DNA of 64,000 nucleotides, taken from positions 1 through 64,000 of the forward strand of contig JAANOX010000091.1 in assembly GCA_020184695.1 (NCBI GenBank), given 5' to 3'. A model generated the notes under the pieces. The model had not been told where the DNA came from and ran no database searches. It saw only the letters and a list, made by a program, of their open reading frames with translations. Within the stretch, counting starts at the first letter, position 1. Every line of letters begins with the position of its first letter. The DNA is from Histomonas meleagridis 2922-C6/04-290x. Lineage: Eukaryota; Protista; Parabasalia. Below are positions 44,846 through 56,876 of this stretch, piece after piece. The translations under genes and the position numbers were made by a program.

Positions 44846-44911
44846 TTGCCAAACCCTATTAACTCATTTTACGCAACCAAAAAATTCCACATATACAAAT
44901 CAGTTACTATT

Positions 44912-46600
44912 TTATTTTTTACTTGTTTTCTTTTCCTGTTCTCTCATTGTTTTCACCAAACCGTCTATTAATTCGTAACCTTCGTTCACTTCGTTATCTG
45001 TCAATTCATTCAAAGATTTGCCTTCGAATCTTTCCGACAATTTCTTCACAGCGTCCAATTGCTTAGCAACTTCTCCATCTTCTATTTTGCTTGCTCCCAA
45101 CACAACTTCCAAGTCCATCAAGAACGATCTAATTTTTTCTATTTTCTTCATTTTCAAATCGCGCGAATGGATAACTCTTAAAATTGCACTTGTTTGCGCG
45201 GCAATCATTTGATATGTATATTTATCATATGACATATCAATTATTCCGATGTTTTCGCATTTGTTTTCGTTCTTACACCATTCGACGGATTCGATTTGAG
45301 TTGTCCGTTGATGAATTCGAACAATTCCAAATGGTTTATCTGTATCTTCGAACGTCATGTTTGTTAAATTGGTTAACATGACTTTCTGGAGAATATTCGA
45401 TGTGCCACGTGGAAGATCATTAAAGTCTCCTTTGATAGTTATCGTACGCGAACCTTGCGAATATTCACGAATGAATGGAAGGATTTCTCCATTACGTTCA
45501 GAAAGTTTATGATCTTCGGCAATAGTAATGTTGAGATTATAAAGATATGTCTTGGTTAAATACATTGGTGGATATGGAAGGGAATCAATAAGTTGAAGTC
45601 CAAAGTAAACAGTTCCAAATGCTATCGAATTTGTTGAGCTGAATTCTTTACGAATTACTGCACTACTGTTCTTGGAAGCAGAACGAATGACTTCCATAAC
45701 AAATGGATATGCAGAACATCCTCCAATAACTTGGATTTCATTGAGTTCTCCAAGTGATTGCATTTGATTGATTCCGGTGTTGATAAGAGAAAATAAATCA
45801 TTCAAATTTTCTGAGAGAATTTCAGAAAGATTTAAACGGTCGTATGATGTCTTGAGAAGTTTTTCTGACTTCTTAAGAGAGATGCCTTTCTTTTCTGAAA
45901 CAAGTTTCTTGAAGTGATAGCCTCCAATGTGCTCATTCCAGAGGGTGACTTCTTGAGTGACATTAGTTTGGTTGTTATTCCAAACAAATGAAAATCCGTA
46001 AACTTTTGTAGAAGTGGAACCAACATCAATAAAAAGAACACGATATGGAGTACTTGAATTTAATTTCATGTAACGTGAATATTTGGTGGCTGAATATAAT
46101 TGCGATAAAGCTTCTGTATCATCAACAATACCAAGAAGTGGAATGTCATGAATGGCACAAGCATTTGTAATGAACGATCGTTGTGGCGTAGTCCAAAATG
46201 CTGGAACAGTGATTAATAATCCATCTTGGATTGACTTCTTTTTAAAAATATGATCAATAAAAATTGCAAAAGCTTGGATAGGATGAACAATGCGCGAGGT
46301 CATAAATTCAGCAATGTTTCGTCCAAAGGTCATTGGTAAAAGAGAGAAACCTAATGATTCTTTTTTACACAAGATTCCAGCAGCAGATTTACCAAACTTT
46401 ATTTCTGTGCTATTGAGTTGTTGTGGTGTTAAAGGACTTTCTGTATTATTTTGTGTTTTGAATGCAATTGATGTAGGCATGAGATCCTTATTATTAGGGA
46501 ATTTGATTGGCATTGGATTACCATCTAACCCTACTTCTGCTGCTTTAAAGAATTCTGTACCAATATCGAGTGTGTAGAAATTGATCAGAAAGAAAAGCAT
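44912..46600 (-). CDS. ER-type atypical Hsp70 (Hyou1/Lhs1-like) with signal peptide
   Basis: LDIGTEFFKAA, ITVPAFWTTPQRS, FIDVGSTST and VIGGCS. Confidence 0.8.
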   Translation of the reverse strand: MLFFLINFYTLDIGTEFFKAAEVGLDGNPMPIKFPNNKDLMPTSIAFKTQNNTESPLTPQQLNSTEIKFGKSAAGILCKKESLGFSLLPMTFGRNIAEFMTSRIVHPIQAFAIFIDHIFKKKSIQDGLLITVPAFWTTPQRSFITNACAIHDIPLLGIVDDTEALSQLYSATKYSRYMKLNSSTPYRVLFIDVGSTSTKVYGFSFVWNNNQTNVTQEVTLWNEHIGGYHFKKLVSEKKGISLKKSEKLLKTSYDRLNLSEILSENLNDLFSLINTGINQMQSLGELNEIQVIGGCSAYPFVMEVIRSASKNSSAVIRKEFSSTNSIAFGTVYFGLQLIDSLPYPPMYLTKTYLYNLNITIAEDHKLSERNGEILPFIREYSQGSRTITIKGDFNDLPRGTSNILQKVMLTNLTNMTFEDTDKPFGIVRIHQRTTQIESVEWCKNENKCENIGIIDMSYDKYTYQMIAAQTSAILRVIHSRDLKMKKIEKIRSFLMDLEVVLGASKIEDGEVAKQLDAVKKLSERFEGKSLNELTDNEVNEGYELIDGLVKTMREQEKKTSKK

Positions 46601-46782
46601 TTATTTGGTCGAAGACCGTTAATTTCTATCCAAATCGGTTATTAACGGTTTCCCGGTTATCATCTCATAAATAGTAAAAATGAAATATTAGTTTTTAGTA
46701 AGTTGTATTATATTGGTGAAAGTACATGTATTTTTGAATTTGAATACAATATCTTTAAAAAATATAATTAATAACATTACTT

Positions 46783-48656
46783 TTATTTTGGTTTTATGGA
46801 ACTTTGTACTTCCATTTCGTGCAGAAAATTAGCACATTCAGTGTGTCCACATAAAGAGGCAATTATGCTTGCTGTTATAAATTAAATGATCAAAAATAAT
46901 CATTTAACAAAATAAATAAATATTACTTATGTTCGGATTAGCACCATGTTCGATAAGTAATTTTGCACATTTAATATTTCCTTTTCTAGCAGCCCACATC
47001 AATGCTGTTTGAAATAATTTAAATAAATATGAAATATTGCATTGAAATATCAAAAAATTGAAATAAACAATTAAGAAAACAAAAGAACATCTTTAACATC
47101 TAATTGAATTTCTTTTCGTTCAAGAAGTAATTTAAGTACTTCAATATGAGAATTTCCAGCTGCTAACATAAGTGAAGTCCAAAACAAAACACAAAAATTC
47201 CAAACATAAATTAAAAACTATATTAAAAATAATATATTAACATTTTTGGCATTTATATTAATTCCTTTTTGCTCAAGAAGAAATTTTACTATATCAACAT
47301 AACCATTTTGAGATGCATATATTAGTGGAGTCGAAAATTATTTGAAAAAAATCCAAATGTTAAAATGAATCACCAAACAATTTATAATAACTGAAAACAA
47401 AATGAATTAATATCAGCAGAATTCACATTATGAATATGTTCATTTTTTCCAATAAAATATTTTACAAGTTCAATATTACCTGAATCAGCAGCATAAGCTA
47501 TAACAGATTCATTTTCTATTTTATTTTCTAAAATACATTTAACAAGGAACAAATTACCAGAAATTAATGCATATTTTAATTCTTCATCACTTATTCCATA
47601 TTTATTTCCACTCAAAAATTTTAAAATTTCGAAATTACAAAAATTTATACACATTACACGAAATGAAATTATATCTCTTTTTATATCACCATAAGAAAAT
47701 AATAGATGAGCACTTAACACATCTTTATCTTTATATTCTTGATTAATATTTTCTAATTTATTCTCATAAATATAATGAAAGATATCATTTCGATGAAATT
47801 TAATAGCTACTTCATAAGAACCTTCAAAAGATAAATGACTTTGTTCACAAATTTTCACAATTTCAATGTTTCCACCAGCAACAGCATATTTACTTGTGTT
47901 TTCTAATATAGCATTATTCAGTAACAAATATTTAAAACATTTAATAGATCCAAAAAATGCAGCATAATTAACAAGAGAAATATTTCGATTACTAATGTAT
48001 GAATATCTCTCATAAAGTGATGGTTGAATTTTTTGATTAAATTCAAATGATGGAGTTGATGAAATAATTTTTTGTAATTTCTCAATATTATCTTTCCGAA
48101 TAACTTTTGCTATTTTTGATGGATTAACTCCTTTAGAAACAAACTTCTTATGAAGTTCCCAATTATTTTTTGAAAGCCTTTCGAGATTTGCTTTAAAATA
48201 TTCGTAAAATGGATCAAAAATCAATTGTTGACTTTCTTTGATAGTATGATAATGCGCAAAATATATCGAATTTATACTTTCGGCTATTTTTGAATCAAGT
48301 AAATTTCGTTCAATCATTTTCTCAATTAGATAATAAGATTCTTGAGTCCGATTTTTAATGATAATTCGTCCAAAAACTTCAAAAATCATTGGATCGCCTT
48401 TGTTAATTTCTTCTGACTTTTTTTGGATAGATTGTAAATATGTAAAATATGTGGATTCAGTTTCCCTTTGAGCTGAAAATGCAGAATAAATAAAAATGCA
48501 AATAGTAAATTTTGATGAACAAGGAAAATTTTCGTCAAATAAATTCATTGTCCGTTGAACAGAAGATTCAATATTTATTGTATCAAGATTGAAAATTATA
48601 TTTTCAAGTTCTTCTAGGATGAAATGGTTGCTATTCTTACTTTTTTCATTTTCCAT
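46783..48656 (-). CDS. DUF3447-ankyrin protein whose last four repeats are split by 13 17-nt elements
   Basis: Spacers at 47332-47411 (80), 47179-47241 (63), 47009-47088 (80) and 46876-46921 (46). Segments of 90, 90, 87 and 93 nt are open and end in the capping repeat TASIIASLCGHTECANFLHEMEVQSSIKPK*. Confidence 0.85.
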
Positions 48657-49469
48657 TCGAATGGCTGTATGATTCAAAATTCATGTAAAACCGTAATTTT
48701 AATTAAAATCGATCACAAAACAGGAATAACACATATATAAATATTTTGTATCAAAGTTTATGTTTATATATGAATAAAAAGAATTATGATTACATTCATG
48801 ACCATAAAAATTTGGCTGAAACGAAATGGTTTATGATGTTTTTGGTGACGAGCTCGTTGTGTGAAACCCCCATTTTGCGGTTTTTGAACGATAGGAAATT
48901 TGATGCGGAGCGATTGTTTTATAATCAAAAAGTTGGAGGCTATAGATGAAAATTCATTGATTCTCCCATTTGTAAAGTATTTAAAAAGTGACTTATTTAC
49001 AAAAAACAAAGCTCAAATAATCAGACATTGAGTCAATTCATTTAATATTTTGAATTGCGACCGTTTATAAAAACAGCCAACTTTCTATCGGCACATATCG
49101 TTACGGTTAATTAGCACAAATCCCAAACAAAAAAAAACATGGACACAGGCAATGTTAGATACACCCAATTACCCAACTAATCCTTGAAGAATAAGTATTT
49201 CTGCTGTAGCAAAGACATAGAACAAAGGTACTGGAGCTCAACTTTTGTTCAAACAAAATTCATGATATTCTGATAAATGAAACCAATATGACAAGTATAT
49301 GAACTTAATCAAAAATGATGAATGCTTAGGTTCTAAGTTCATTTTTTAATGTTTAAGTTTTGTATTTGCTTTCCTACCAAAAATGTTTTTTAAATATCGA
49401 TTTTTTATTCCTAATTGAATACTTTACATTCTTTTATAAAAACTTTTTAAGTAAAAAAATAATTGCTTA

Positions 49470-52400
49470 ATGGAATCTAATAAAGCTATTCAAGACATTG
49501 GGGATCAATGGATTTCCCTTCTTGCTATCAACGCCTGTAATCAGACAGGTATGAATGGTGAATCTATCAATTCTCGTTTATCATCTATCAAAGATTTCAA
49601 AGAAGGAAAAGCTATTATTTCAAAAGCAATAAAATCAATGTACGATTATACACCACAAATTGCAGCACAAGCGTTTCAATCATTAAACAAAATAATTTTT
49701 GAATTTGCGAATAATCATTATTTTCCTTCACTTTTTTCAAAGATTCTTAAAGCAGCGCATACAATTTTTACATTTCCTTTTACAGCCCACAATAAAAGCA
49801 AAACACTTCATACTCAATCAATTTCAAATACACAGGAGATCACAAAACTTGAAAAGTTAAGTTGTGAAGTTTTCGAACATCTTTCCAACATTCTTGAAAT
49901 AGCAGTTAAATCACCTGATGTAAATCTTCAATTAATATCACAAGATTCAATAACCATTACTTTCCGAATGCTTCAACATGATCAACCATCACAAGTTCGT
50001 AGTTCAGCAGCACGTATTATCACAGCATTTTCGCTTTCGACTCAAAATTGTAACATCATCATTGACACTTTTTGGCAAGAATTTTCGAAATGTAAAAAAG
50101 ATGATGACTTTCGTAATTTTTCCTCGATCATTGATGGCATTGTCAACATCCATTTATCACTTACATCCACTGAGAATTCTGCTGTTGCAAATTCATTTCT
50201 CAAATCATTTATTAATTCATCAAAAAAGATGACACGTGGTGTTCTTCGAATGCAATTTCTTGATGCCTTAATATCCATTATTCGACGTTTAAACTCAAGT
50301 TCATGTTCAGCAGATTCAAATGTTGCTTATAACCAAAATTTAATTGAAATTTGGAATATTGTTGACAAATGGTCAACCAAGTCCAAACACACCAATTTCT
50401 GCTATAAGTTTATGCAAAATTTACTTAATTGTTCGACCAATTCATTTTATGAATTTGATCGAGTTAATCATTTTCTTGAACAATTATTAATATATGGCTC
50501 TAAAAGTAGCGGCGAATTTTTAAGTTTAATCATTGATTTTGTTAAATCAGCAAAACAACAATACATTGATTCCGATGATTTTAAGAATTCGGTTTCGACA
50601 ATGATATTACCATTTATGTTTCCTCTTAAAGATCAAGTTAAAGGCGTTCGGTTTAAGAATAATGAAGGAATCAATTCATCATCCAAATTAATATATGAGA
50701 TTGGGTTAAAAGACATTAATTTAATGATTGAATTCATTGATTCGATATTTAATAATTCGATACAAAACTTAAAAGTTACTGAAAGTCAAAAACATTTAAA
50801 GCAAATATGTTATAAATCATTAAGTTTAATCACACAAAAAGAACCTGAAATCATAAAAAATTATAATGAAAAATTCAACAAATTAACACAACCAATTTTA
50901 TTTGATATAAATAATGAGAATTTTATTAATGTAATTGGAACATTTCCTATTATTCATCCAATAGAATCCAAAAACTGTTTAATTATATGTGAAAACTTAT
51001 TGAATTTTATTTTAATGAATAAGAATAAAAAAGAAGAAATTGATTCTGCTATAAAATCATTAAATGATTATATAATAAATTATATTAATTTAAATGAAAA
51101 TATTTTAATGCCAATTAAATTTATCAAACAAATAATTAAAACAATTCCAATTTTCGATAATAATAATTTGGATATATTTTTATTAAATATTAAATATGTA
51201 ACTAAATTAACAAAATCATTTATCCAAATGTTAAATAATGAAAATAATAACATTGATAATATTGATAATAATTCTTTATTAACAGAAAAAGAATGGCTTA
51301 AGTTTAGACATAAAATCGATAAATATTGTTTCCCTTGTTTATTAGTTGATATTAATGAAATTAAATCTAAAACATTAAAATATTTGAATTTATTTGATTG
51401 TGAAATTATTAATAAATTAGAAACAAAAATTTTATCGACTGAATATTATTCATTAAATAAATTATGTAAAAATAATAATAATATATTACAATTAATTGAT
51501 ACATTATATGAAGAACATAAAATGTTATCGAACATGTTATTTAATTTCTTTATTGATTTTTATGTTAAAAATAATATGAAATTTTCACAAACTTTAAATA
51601 AAACTTCATTAATATGTTTAAGTAAATTATGTAAAGAAGAAAATGAAAAATCGGAATTATTCTTTAAACAATTATTTAATATATTAATTAATTATCCAAA
51701 TTCAAATGACGTAATTTTCGTATTTGAAAATTTAACATCAAAGTTATGGATATTATTATTTAATACATTAAATAAATGGATTGAATCAAGTAATAAAACT
51801 TATAATAATTATTGGAAACAAATTGTTACAATTTATTATCATATCTCAAAACAAAAAGAATTTAAAGATGAATTACAAAGCAACAAAGAACTCCAACAAT
51901 TTTATATTAATTTCTTTAAATATTTCTTAAATAATAATTCGAATTTAAATGAAGATTTTAATATAAATGAAAAAATATTTCAAACAATACAAATTTATAT
52001 TGAAAATGTATCTAATCATATAATAATTAATAATGAAAATGAATTTGATCAATTTATTAATTCATTAAATATTATTGCACCTTATCAAAAGTCTAATGAA
52101 TTCACTCCGTCATTTCCTTATTCATTTTTATCATCATTAAATTCGATCTTTAAATATCATTTCATAAAAGAAATTTCGAATTTTATTAAATTACTTCAAT
52201 ATATAATTAACTTTTCTAAGTCATTAAATAATGATGAACATGTACAATATATAATATGTCAATTATTTACTACGATCATTATTAATAATCCAATTTTTAT
52301 TGAAGAAATGTTTAAATTAAACTTTATAAATAATGAAATAATATTAACTTCTTATATATTATCTATAACAAATTCATATGAATATTATAAAAATGATTTT

Positions 52401-54716
52401 AATGATAAATATCAAAAAGGTTTATCAATACTATTTGCTATATTATTATTAAATATTACAAATGAAAAGTTTTTACCAAGACAAGCAATCTTTAAATTAA
52501 TGTCTTTAATGATTATTAATCGAAATGATTTCTTTTTATCTGAAATACCAAAAGGTTTAATAATGCCATTAACATCACAAACTAAAACAGGTCAAATTAT
52601 TCAAACAAAACAATTTATAAATTTCGCATCTAAAAATATTAAAGATTTTATAATATTTGAAGCGTTTGAATTATTATCAAATAATTTCCAACATATTAAT
52701 TCATCGAAAATCCCAATTTTAACAAACTTAATTGAATTTATTCCAATATTTTATTCTAATACTAAACTTAAAGAATGTGTTTTAATATTATTAACAATAT
52801 CAACAAAATGTGATAATAATGATATATTAATATCAGAACTTATAAAGAAATTATGGATAAGTTTTATAACACAATTAAAGTTAAAGAACAAAAATAAAAT
52901 CATAAAAATTATTAAATATATAATAAAATTTTCAACTAAACAAAAAGAATTTAAATCAATTGAAACAGAAATATCTATTATAGTATTAAGTTATATATTT
53001 AATATATTTCCTAAAGAAACTTCGGAATATTTAATTGATATAATATTAAAGAAATTTGATTTTAAATTACCAAATTTAACACAATTTAATGAATTCTTAA
53101 ATGAGGCAAAAGTTGATTTTAATCCAACTAAAGAAGAAATTATTTCATCGAATGCATTAAGTCAAATATTATTAATGATAAATGATCGAAATGAATTTTT
53201 AGAATTATTTTCAACACAAATTCCATTATTATTAATATATTCGATTATTAATAAATCAAATGAGTTATTTTATATTGGAAAATTCCATCCATTATTAGAC
53301 TCTTTATTAGATTCAACATTATTTCGATTTACTAAAAACATTTCGGAGTTTTCGACGAAGAATTTAGAATTATTACAACAAAAGAATTTAATGTTAAATG
53401 CTTCAACATTAAATAAGTCATATATTATTAAATTAGAAGAAAAAGAAAACATTCGAAATGTATTATCATATGATAATGATTTAATACAATTAATCATTAA
53501 TTTGTTTAATGAAATATTTCCGAATTTCATTGAGAACTTTTTATCTAAATTAATTCCTTTAACATTTCAAATAAAACCAAATTATGACCGAATCATTGAA
53601 CCATTTTTAATATTAATAACATTAACGAAATCATTATCAATTAATTCATATTATTATTTATTATTATATTTATTAAATGTCTTTAAGAATAAAGAAACTA
53701 TAGTTATTGATTGTTGTATTGATTGTATATATAAACATTTAATAACTACAAATGATATAAATGATGAAAAAACATTTCCAACGTTAATAATATTTATAAT
53801 ATTATTATCAATGAATGATTTAAAGTCAAGTTTAATCATCCATATAATGAAATTAATTAAAAAAATCATTAATTTAATCATTCAAAACAATAACAAAAAT
53901 GAATTAATCGAAAAAATCATAAATTATTTAAATAAATTTAGTGGAGAAAATTATATAATTTCTATATTCATACATTATATCTCTGAATCATTAACTTTCG
54001 GAGATAATTTCATCAAAGAAATTATTTTATGTTTATATTCATTCTCTAAAATTTATAAAAGTGATGATAATTTATGTGAACTTTTATCATTGTTACTTGA
54101 CGCTACTCGTTATTTCATAGGTCAAAAATGTGGAAGACCTATCGATAAAGTTTTGGATGAAATAAAATTCGAAACTTTCGATGAATTTGCGGAAATTTTC
54201 GTTTCCAAATTTGATAATGAGAAACAAATTGTTTTCGCATTAAGTTTTATATGTAATATGATCAAATGTTATAAGAACGTCGACTTAAATAAAGATACAA
54301 CTTCGATATTAATGATAAACTCAATCATAAAATATTCGAAAGTTAAACTAAATAATATTTTCATACAAAATTTAATAAAATTCATTTCGTTGGTTTCATT
54401 GACATGTAATGATATAGGAAAAGAATTGGCCCCTTTGATAATCGTCGAGTTGATGAAGAAAAACGATTTCGATGTTGCGCCGGAAATATTTTGTTATTCT
54501 TTGTTGACGCCGAAATTCGTCACCGCAAAGTTTAAACAATATAACTATTACTTGGATCACGAGAAGACAATTGTGGACCCGTCATGTTTGCCACAGTTCC
54601 AAACTTATAACTTGCCCGGAATTGAGGAATCGATCGTAAATGACTTGTGGAAGTTAATCGAAAAAATGATTAACAAAAATGAAATGAAATTTTCTATAAA
54701 TAAAGAAACAAAATAA
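49470..54716 (+). CDS. Furry/Tao3/MOR2-like HEAT-ARM scaffold protein
   Basis: 1748 aa. SIIDGIVNIHL...MQFLDALISII...IWNIVDKWSTKSKH...CYKFMQNLL parallels the MOR2-PAG1 N-terminal domain. Confidence 0.6.
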   Translation: MESNKAIQDIGDQWISLLAINACNQTGMNGESINSRLSSIKDFKEGKAIISKAIKSMYDYTPQIAAQAFQSLNKIIFEFANNHYFPSLFSKILKAAHTIFTFPFTAHNKSKTLHTQSISNTQEITKLEKLSCEVFEHLSNILEIAVKSPDVNLQLISQDSITITFRMLQHDQPSQVRSSAARIITAFSLSTQNCNIIIDTFWQEFSKCKKDDDFRNFSSIIDGIVNIHLSLTSTENSAVANSFLKSFINSSKKMTRGVLRMQFLDALISIIRRLNSSSCSADSNVAYNQNLIEIWNIVDKWSTKSKHTNFCYKFMQNLLNCSTNSFYEFDRVNHFLEQLLIYGSKSSGEFLSLIIDFVKSAKQQYIDSDDFKNSVSTMILPFMFPLKDQVKGVRFKNNEGINSSSKLIYEIGLKDINLMIEFIDSIFNNSIQNLKVTESQKHLKQICYKSLSLITQKEPEIIKNYNEKFNKLTQPILFDINNENFINVIGTFPIIHPIESKNCLIICENLLNFILMNKNKKEEIDSAIKSLNDYIINYINLNENILMPIKFIKQIIKTIPIFDNNNLDIFLLNIKYVTKLTKSFIQMLNNENNNIDNIDNNSLLTEKEWLKFRHKIDKYCFPCLLVDINEIKSKTLKYLNLFDCEIINKLETKILSTEYYSLNKLCKNNNNILQLIDTLYEEHKMLSNMLFNFFIDFYVKNNMKFSQTLNKTSLICLSKLCKEENEKSELFFKQLFNILINYPNSNDVIFVFENLTSKLWILLFNTLNKWIESSNKTYNNYWKQIVTIYYHISKQKEFKDELQSNKELQQFYINFFKYFLNNNSNLNEDFNINEKIFQTIQIYIENVSNHIIINNENEFDQFINSLNIIAPYQKSNEFTPSFPYSFLSSLNSIFKYHFIKEISNFIKLLQYIINFSKSLNNDEHVQYIICQLFTTIIINNPIFIEEMFKLNFINNEIILTSYILSITNSYEYYKNDFNDKYQKGLSILFAILLLNITNEKFLPRQAIFKLMSLMIINRNDFFLSEIPKGLIMPLTSQTKTGQIIQTKQFINFASKNIKDFIIFEAFELLSNNFQHINSSKIPILTNLIEFIPIFYSNTKLKECVLILLTISTKCDNNDILISELIKKLWISFITQLKLKNKNKIIKIIKYIIKFSTKQKEFKSIETEISIIVLSYIFNIFPKETSEYLIDIILKKFDFKLPNLTQFNEFLNEAKVDFNPTKEEIISSNALSQILLMINDRNEFLELFSTQIPLLLIYSIINKSNELFYIGKFHPLLDSLLDSTLFRFTKNISEFSTKNLELLQQKNLMLNASTLNKSYIIKLEEKENIRNVLSYDNDLIQLIINLFNEIFPNFIENFLSKLIPLTFQIKPNYDRIIEPFLILITLTKSLSINSYYYLLLYLLNVFKNKETIVIDCCIDCIYKHLITTNDINDEKTFPTLIIFIILLSMNDLKSSLIIHIMKLIKKIINLIIQNNNKNELIEKIINYLNKFSGENYIISIFIHYISESLTFGDNFIKEIILCLYSFSKIYKSDDNLCELLSLLLDATRYFIGQKCGRPIDKVLDEIKFETFDEFAEIFVSKFDNEKQIVFALSFICNMIKCYKNVDLNKDTTSILMINSIIKYSKVKLNNIFIQNLIKFISLVSLTCNDIGKELAPLIIVELMKKNDFDVAPEIFCYSLLTPKFVTAKFKQYNYYLDHEKTIVDPSCLPQFQTYNLPGIEESIVNDLWKLIEKMINKNEMKFSINKETK

Positions 54717-55233
54717 GTTGTGGATTAGAAATTGAATCTTTGTTGTGATTTTTAGTAATTTATTGATGTTAAATGCAATCGATATAACTTGTGACAACTT
54801 AAATTATGCATTTGTTTATGAATAATTTTTTTTATTCGTTTCAAGAAAATGGTCAAATTATTTTATGAAGTATTGAATTTTTGAATGTTTAATCGGCCAG
54901 TATCAATTCAAATATAAACTTTTTCAATGACAAAAAAATGAGTCTTCAAAATCATTGCTCACTTAATGCTTTGAAGCCTAATAAAAAATAAAATTGGCAA
55001 TATTTATTTGTATGTTTATGATTCATATCAAATGTTTATGAAAAGGAATATTAAAAAAACGTTGGACATTTTGCTGCTAGAGTCATTGAAAATGATTGTC
55101 AATTTTCAAAACATAAACGTCCATTTTTACACAAATTTGTCATAAAAATACGATACTTTTTCATTCAATTTATCACCGTTGAATTGATAACCGCTGAATT
55201 TTTGCCTAAATTTTTGTAATTTTTTTATTTACA

Positions 55234-55668
55234 ATGAATCAAACTCTTCTCACGAATTCAGCAAAAAATATAGAATCAGAAGACGTGCTCATACAAAATG
55301 ATAATGAGTCAAATCCTTTCAATAAAGCTTATGATCCAGAAGTCCATTTTGATCCTCCAATCAACGACTTATCTTCTTCAATAGAACCACTTTCACAAAA
55401 CTTTGAACCAGATACAGAGTATGTTGATGTGGAACAACTTGAACAACAACAACAATCAGGAACTTTGGGAACATTGAAAAAAGGAATCAAAAATGGATTT
55501 GAAATTGCTGATTACGTTACTGGAACTGTAGTTTCTAAAACTGGTGAAGTACTTGCTCCAGTAACTTCAGCTGTTGCTCCAGTAATCAATGATATTGGAA
55601 AAATGATTGTTGACACTTCTTCTAAAGTCAACAAAGCTGTTTGGGACTTCTTGTCAGGTTTAAATTAA
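55234..55668 (+). CDS. hypothetical protein (acidic N-terminus, amphipathic C-terminus)
   Basis: 144-aa ORF with coding-like codon usage and an M3-like motif upstream. Confidence 0.55.
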   Translation: MNQTLLTNSAKNIESEDVLIQNDNESNPFNKAYDPEVHFDPPINDLSSSIEPLSQNFEPDTEYVDVEQLEQQQQSGTLGTLKKGIKNGFEIADYVTGTVVSKTGEVLAPVTSAVAPVINDIGKMIVDTSSKVNKAVWDFLSGLN

Positions 55669-56059
55669 TGCCCAATATAGGAAATCAAATTTATCATAAA
55701 TAATTAATTTTTTCAATCGTTTTTTAATAAATATCTTATTTAAAAAATATCCATGAATCAATGATTTTTACCAATCAAAGAGATTAAGGTCAAAGAGATT
55801 AAATTTTACATAAAATTAACCTGATGACTTACCATATAATAATTGGCTGTTCATCAAAACAAATTTCCACTAAATTTCTCTATAGGGAAAACATAAAAAT
55901 ATATATTACATTTAACCAAAATCAAGACTATAGGGAAAACCAAGAACATTATATTGCCAGAAATGATTATTTCACATCATATATTAATCCGATGAAAATC
56001 ACAATAGTTGAAGCAGCTATATAAACTTTAGTGAAATTATTTAAATCAGCTCATTAAAA

Positions 56060-56570
56060 ATGTATGAATATGAGCTTGAAAGTAATGCGTTCAGAGAATG
56101 GCCTTTATTAACATCAGTAATAATTGGAAAGTCAGTGGTAAATATAAATAATGGCGCATTTGCATCATGTAAAAAATTAGAATATGTACAATTTCCAGAA
56201 AAATTAATGAGAGGAATTGGAGAAATTGCATTTTATGAATGTATTTCATTAGTTAATATTACAATTCGTTTTCACTTCTATTATGAATTAAATTATGCAT
56301 TTGCTTATTGTAATAATTTAGAAACAATTTTTATTGGTGAAAATGTTAATTATATTGGCTCTTGTGCATTTATTAATTATATATCACTTAAATGTATTCA
56401 TTTTAATGGAGAAATTTCACCAGAAAACAAAATGATATATTTGTTAAAATAAATGCGACAATAGTTATGACATTAGAAACATATCAAAATGAAACATTTG
56501 GAAATATGAATGTTGCTAAGGGAACAACACTTGACGAATGTATCCCGCCAACACTCACATTCACATAAAG
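56060..56570 (+). pseudogene. BspA-like (TpLRR) leucine-rich repeat fragment
   Basis: Repeats IGEIAFYECISLVNITI, AFAYCNNLETIFIGENV and IGSCAF. Frameshift near 56435, with a decayed continuation. Confidence 0.75.
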
Positions 56571-56876
56571 TGATACATTTCGTCTTATTGGTGTTTTTCT
56601 GACTTTTATACATTAGTTGTCACTGATGTTGCACCAAAAGATAATTCGATATCAAATGAATTGTTAATTGGTATTATATCTTTATAAACCGAAAAAAGTC
56701 GGTCATAATTTTTCTTTGATTAAAAAGTGCGCCGTAAACATTTAAATTTTGAAAAGGCTTTCAATTTCATAACAAAAATTCAAATGTTAAAGGGAAACAA
56801 TGAATTTTGATTCCAATGAATCTTTATAACCATCGGCTTTTTCAGCACATAATTCCATTTAAGATAAAAGCCAAAA

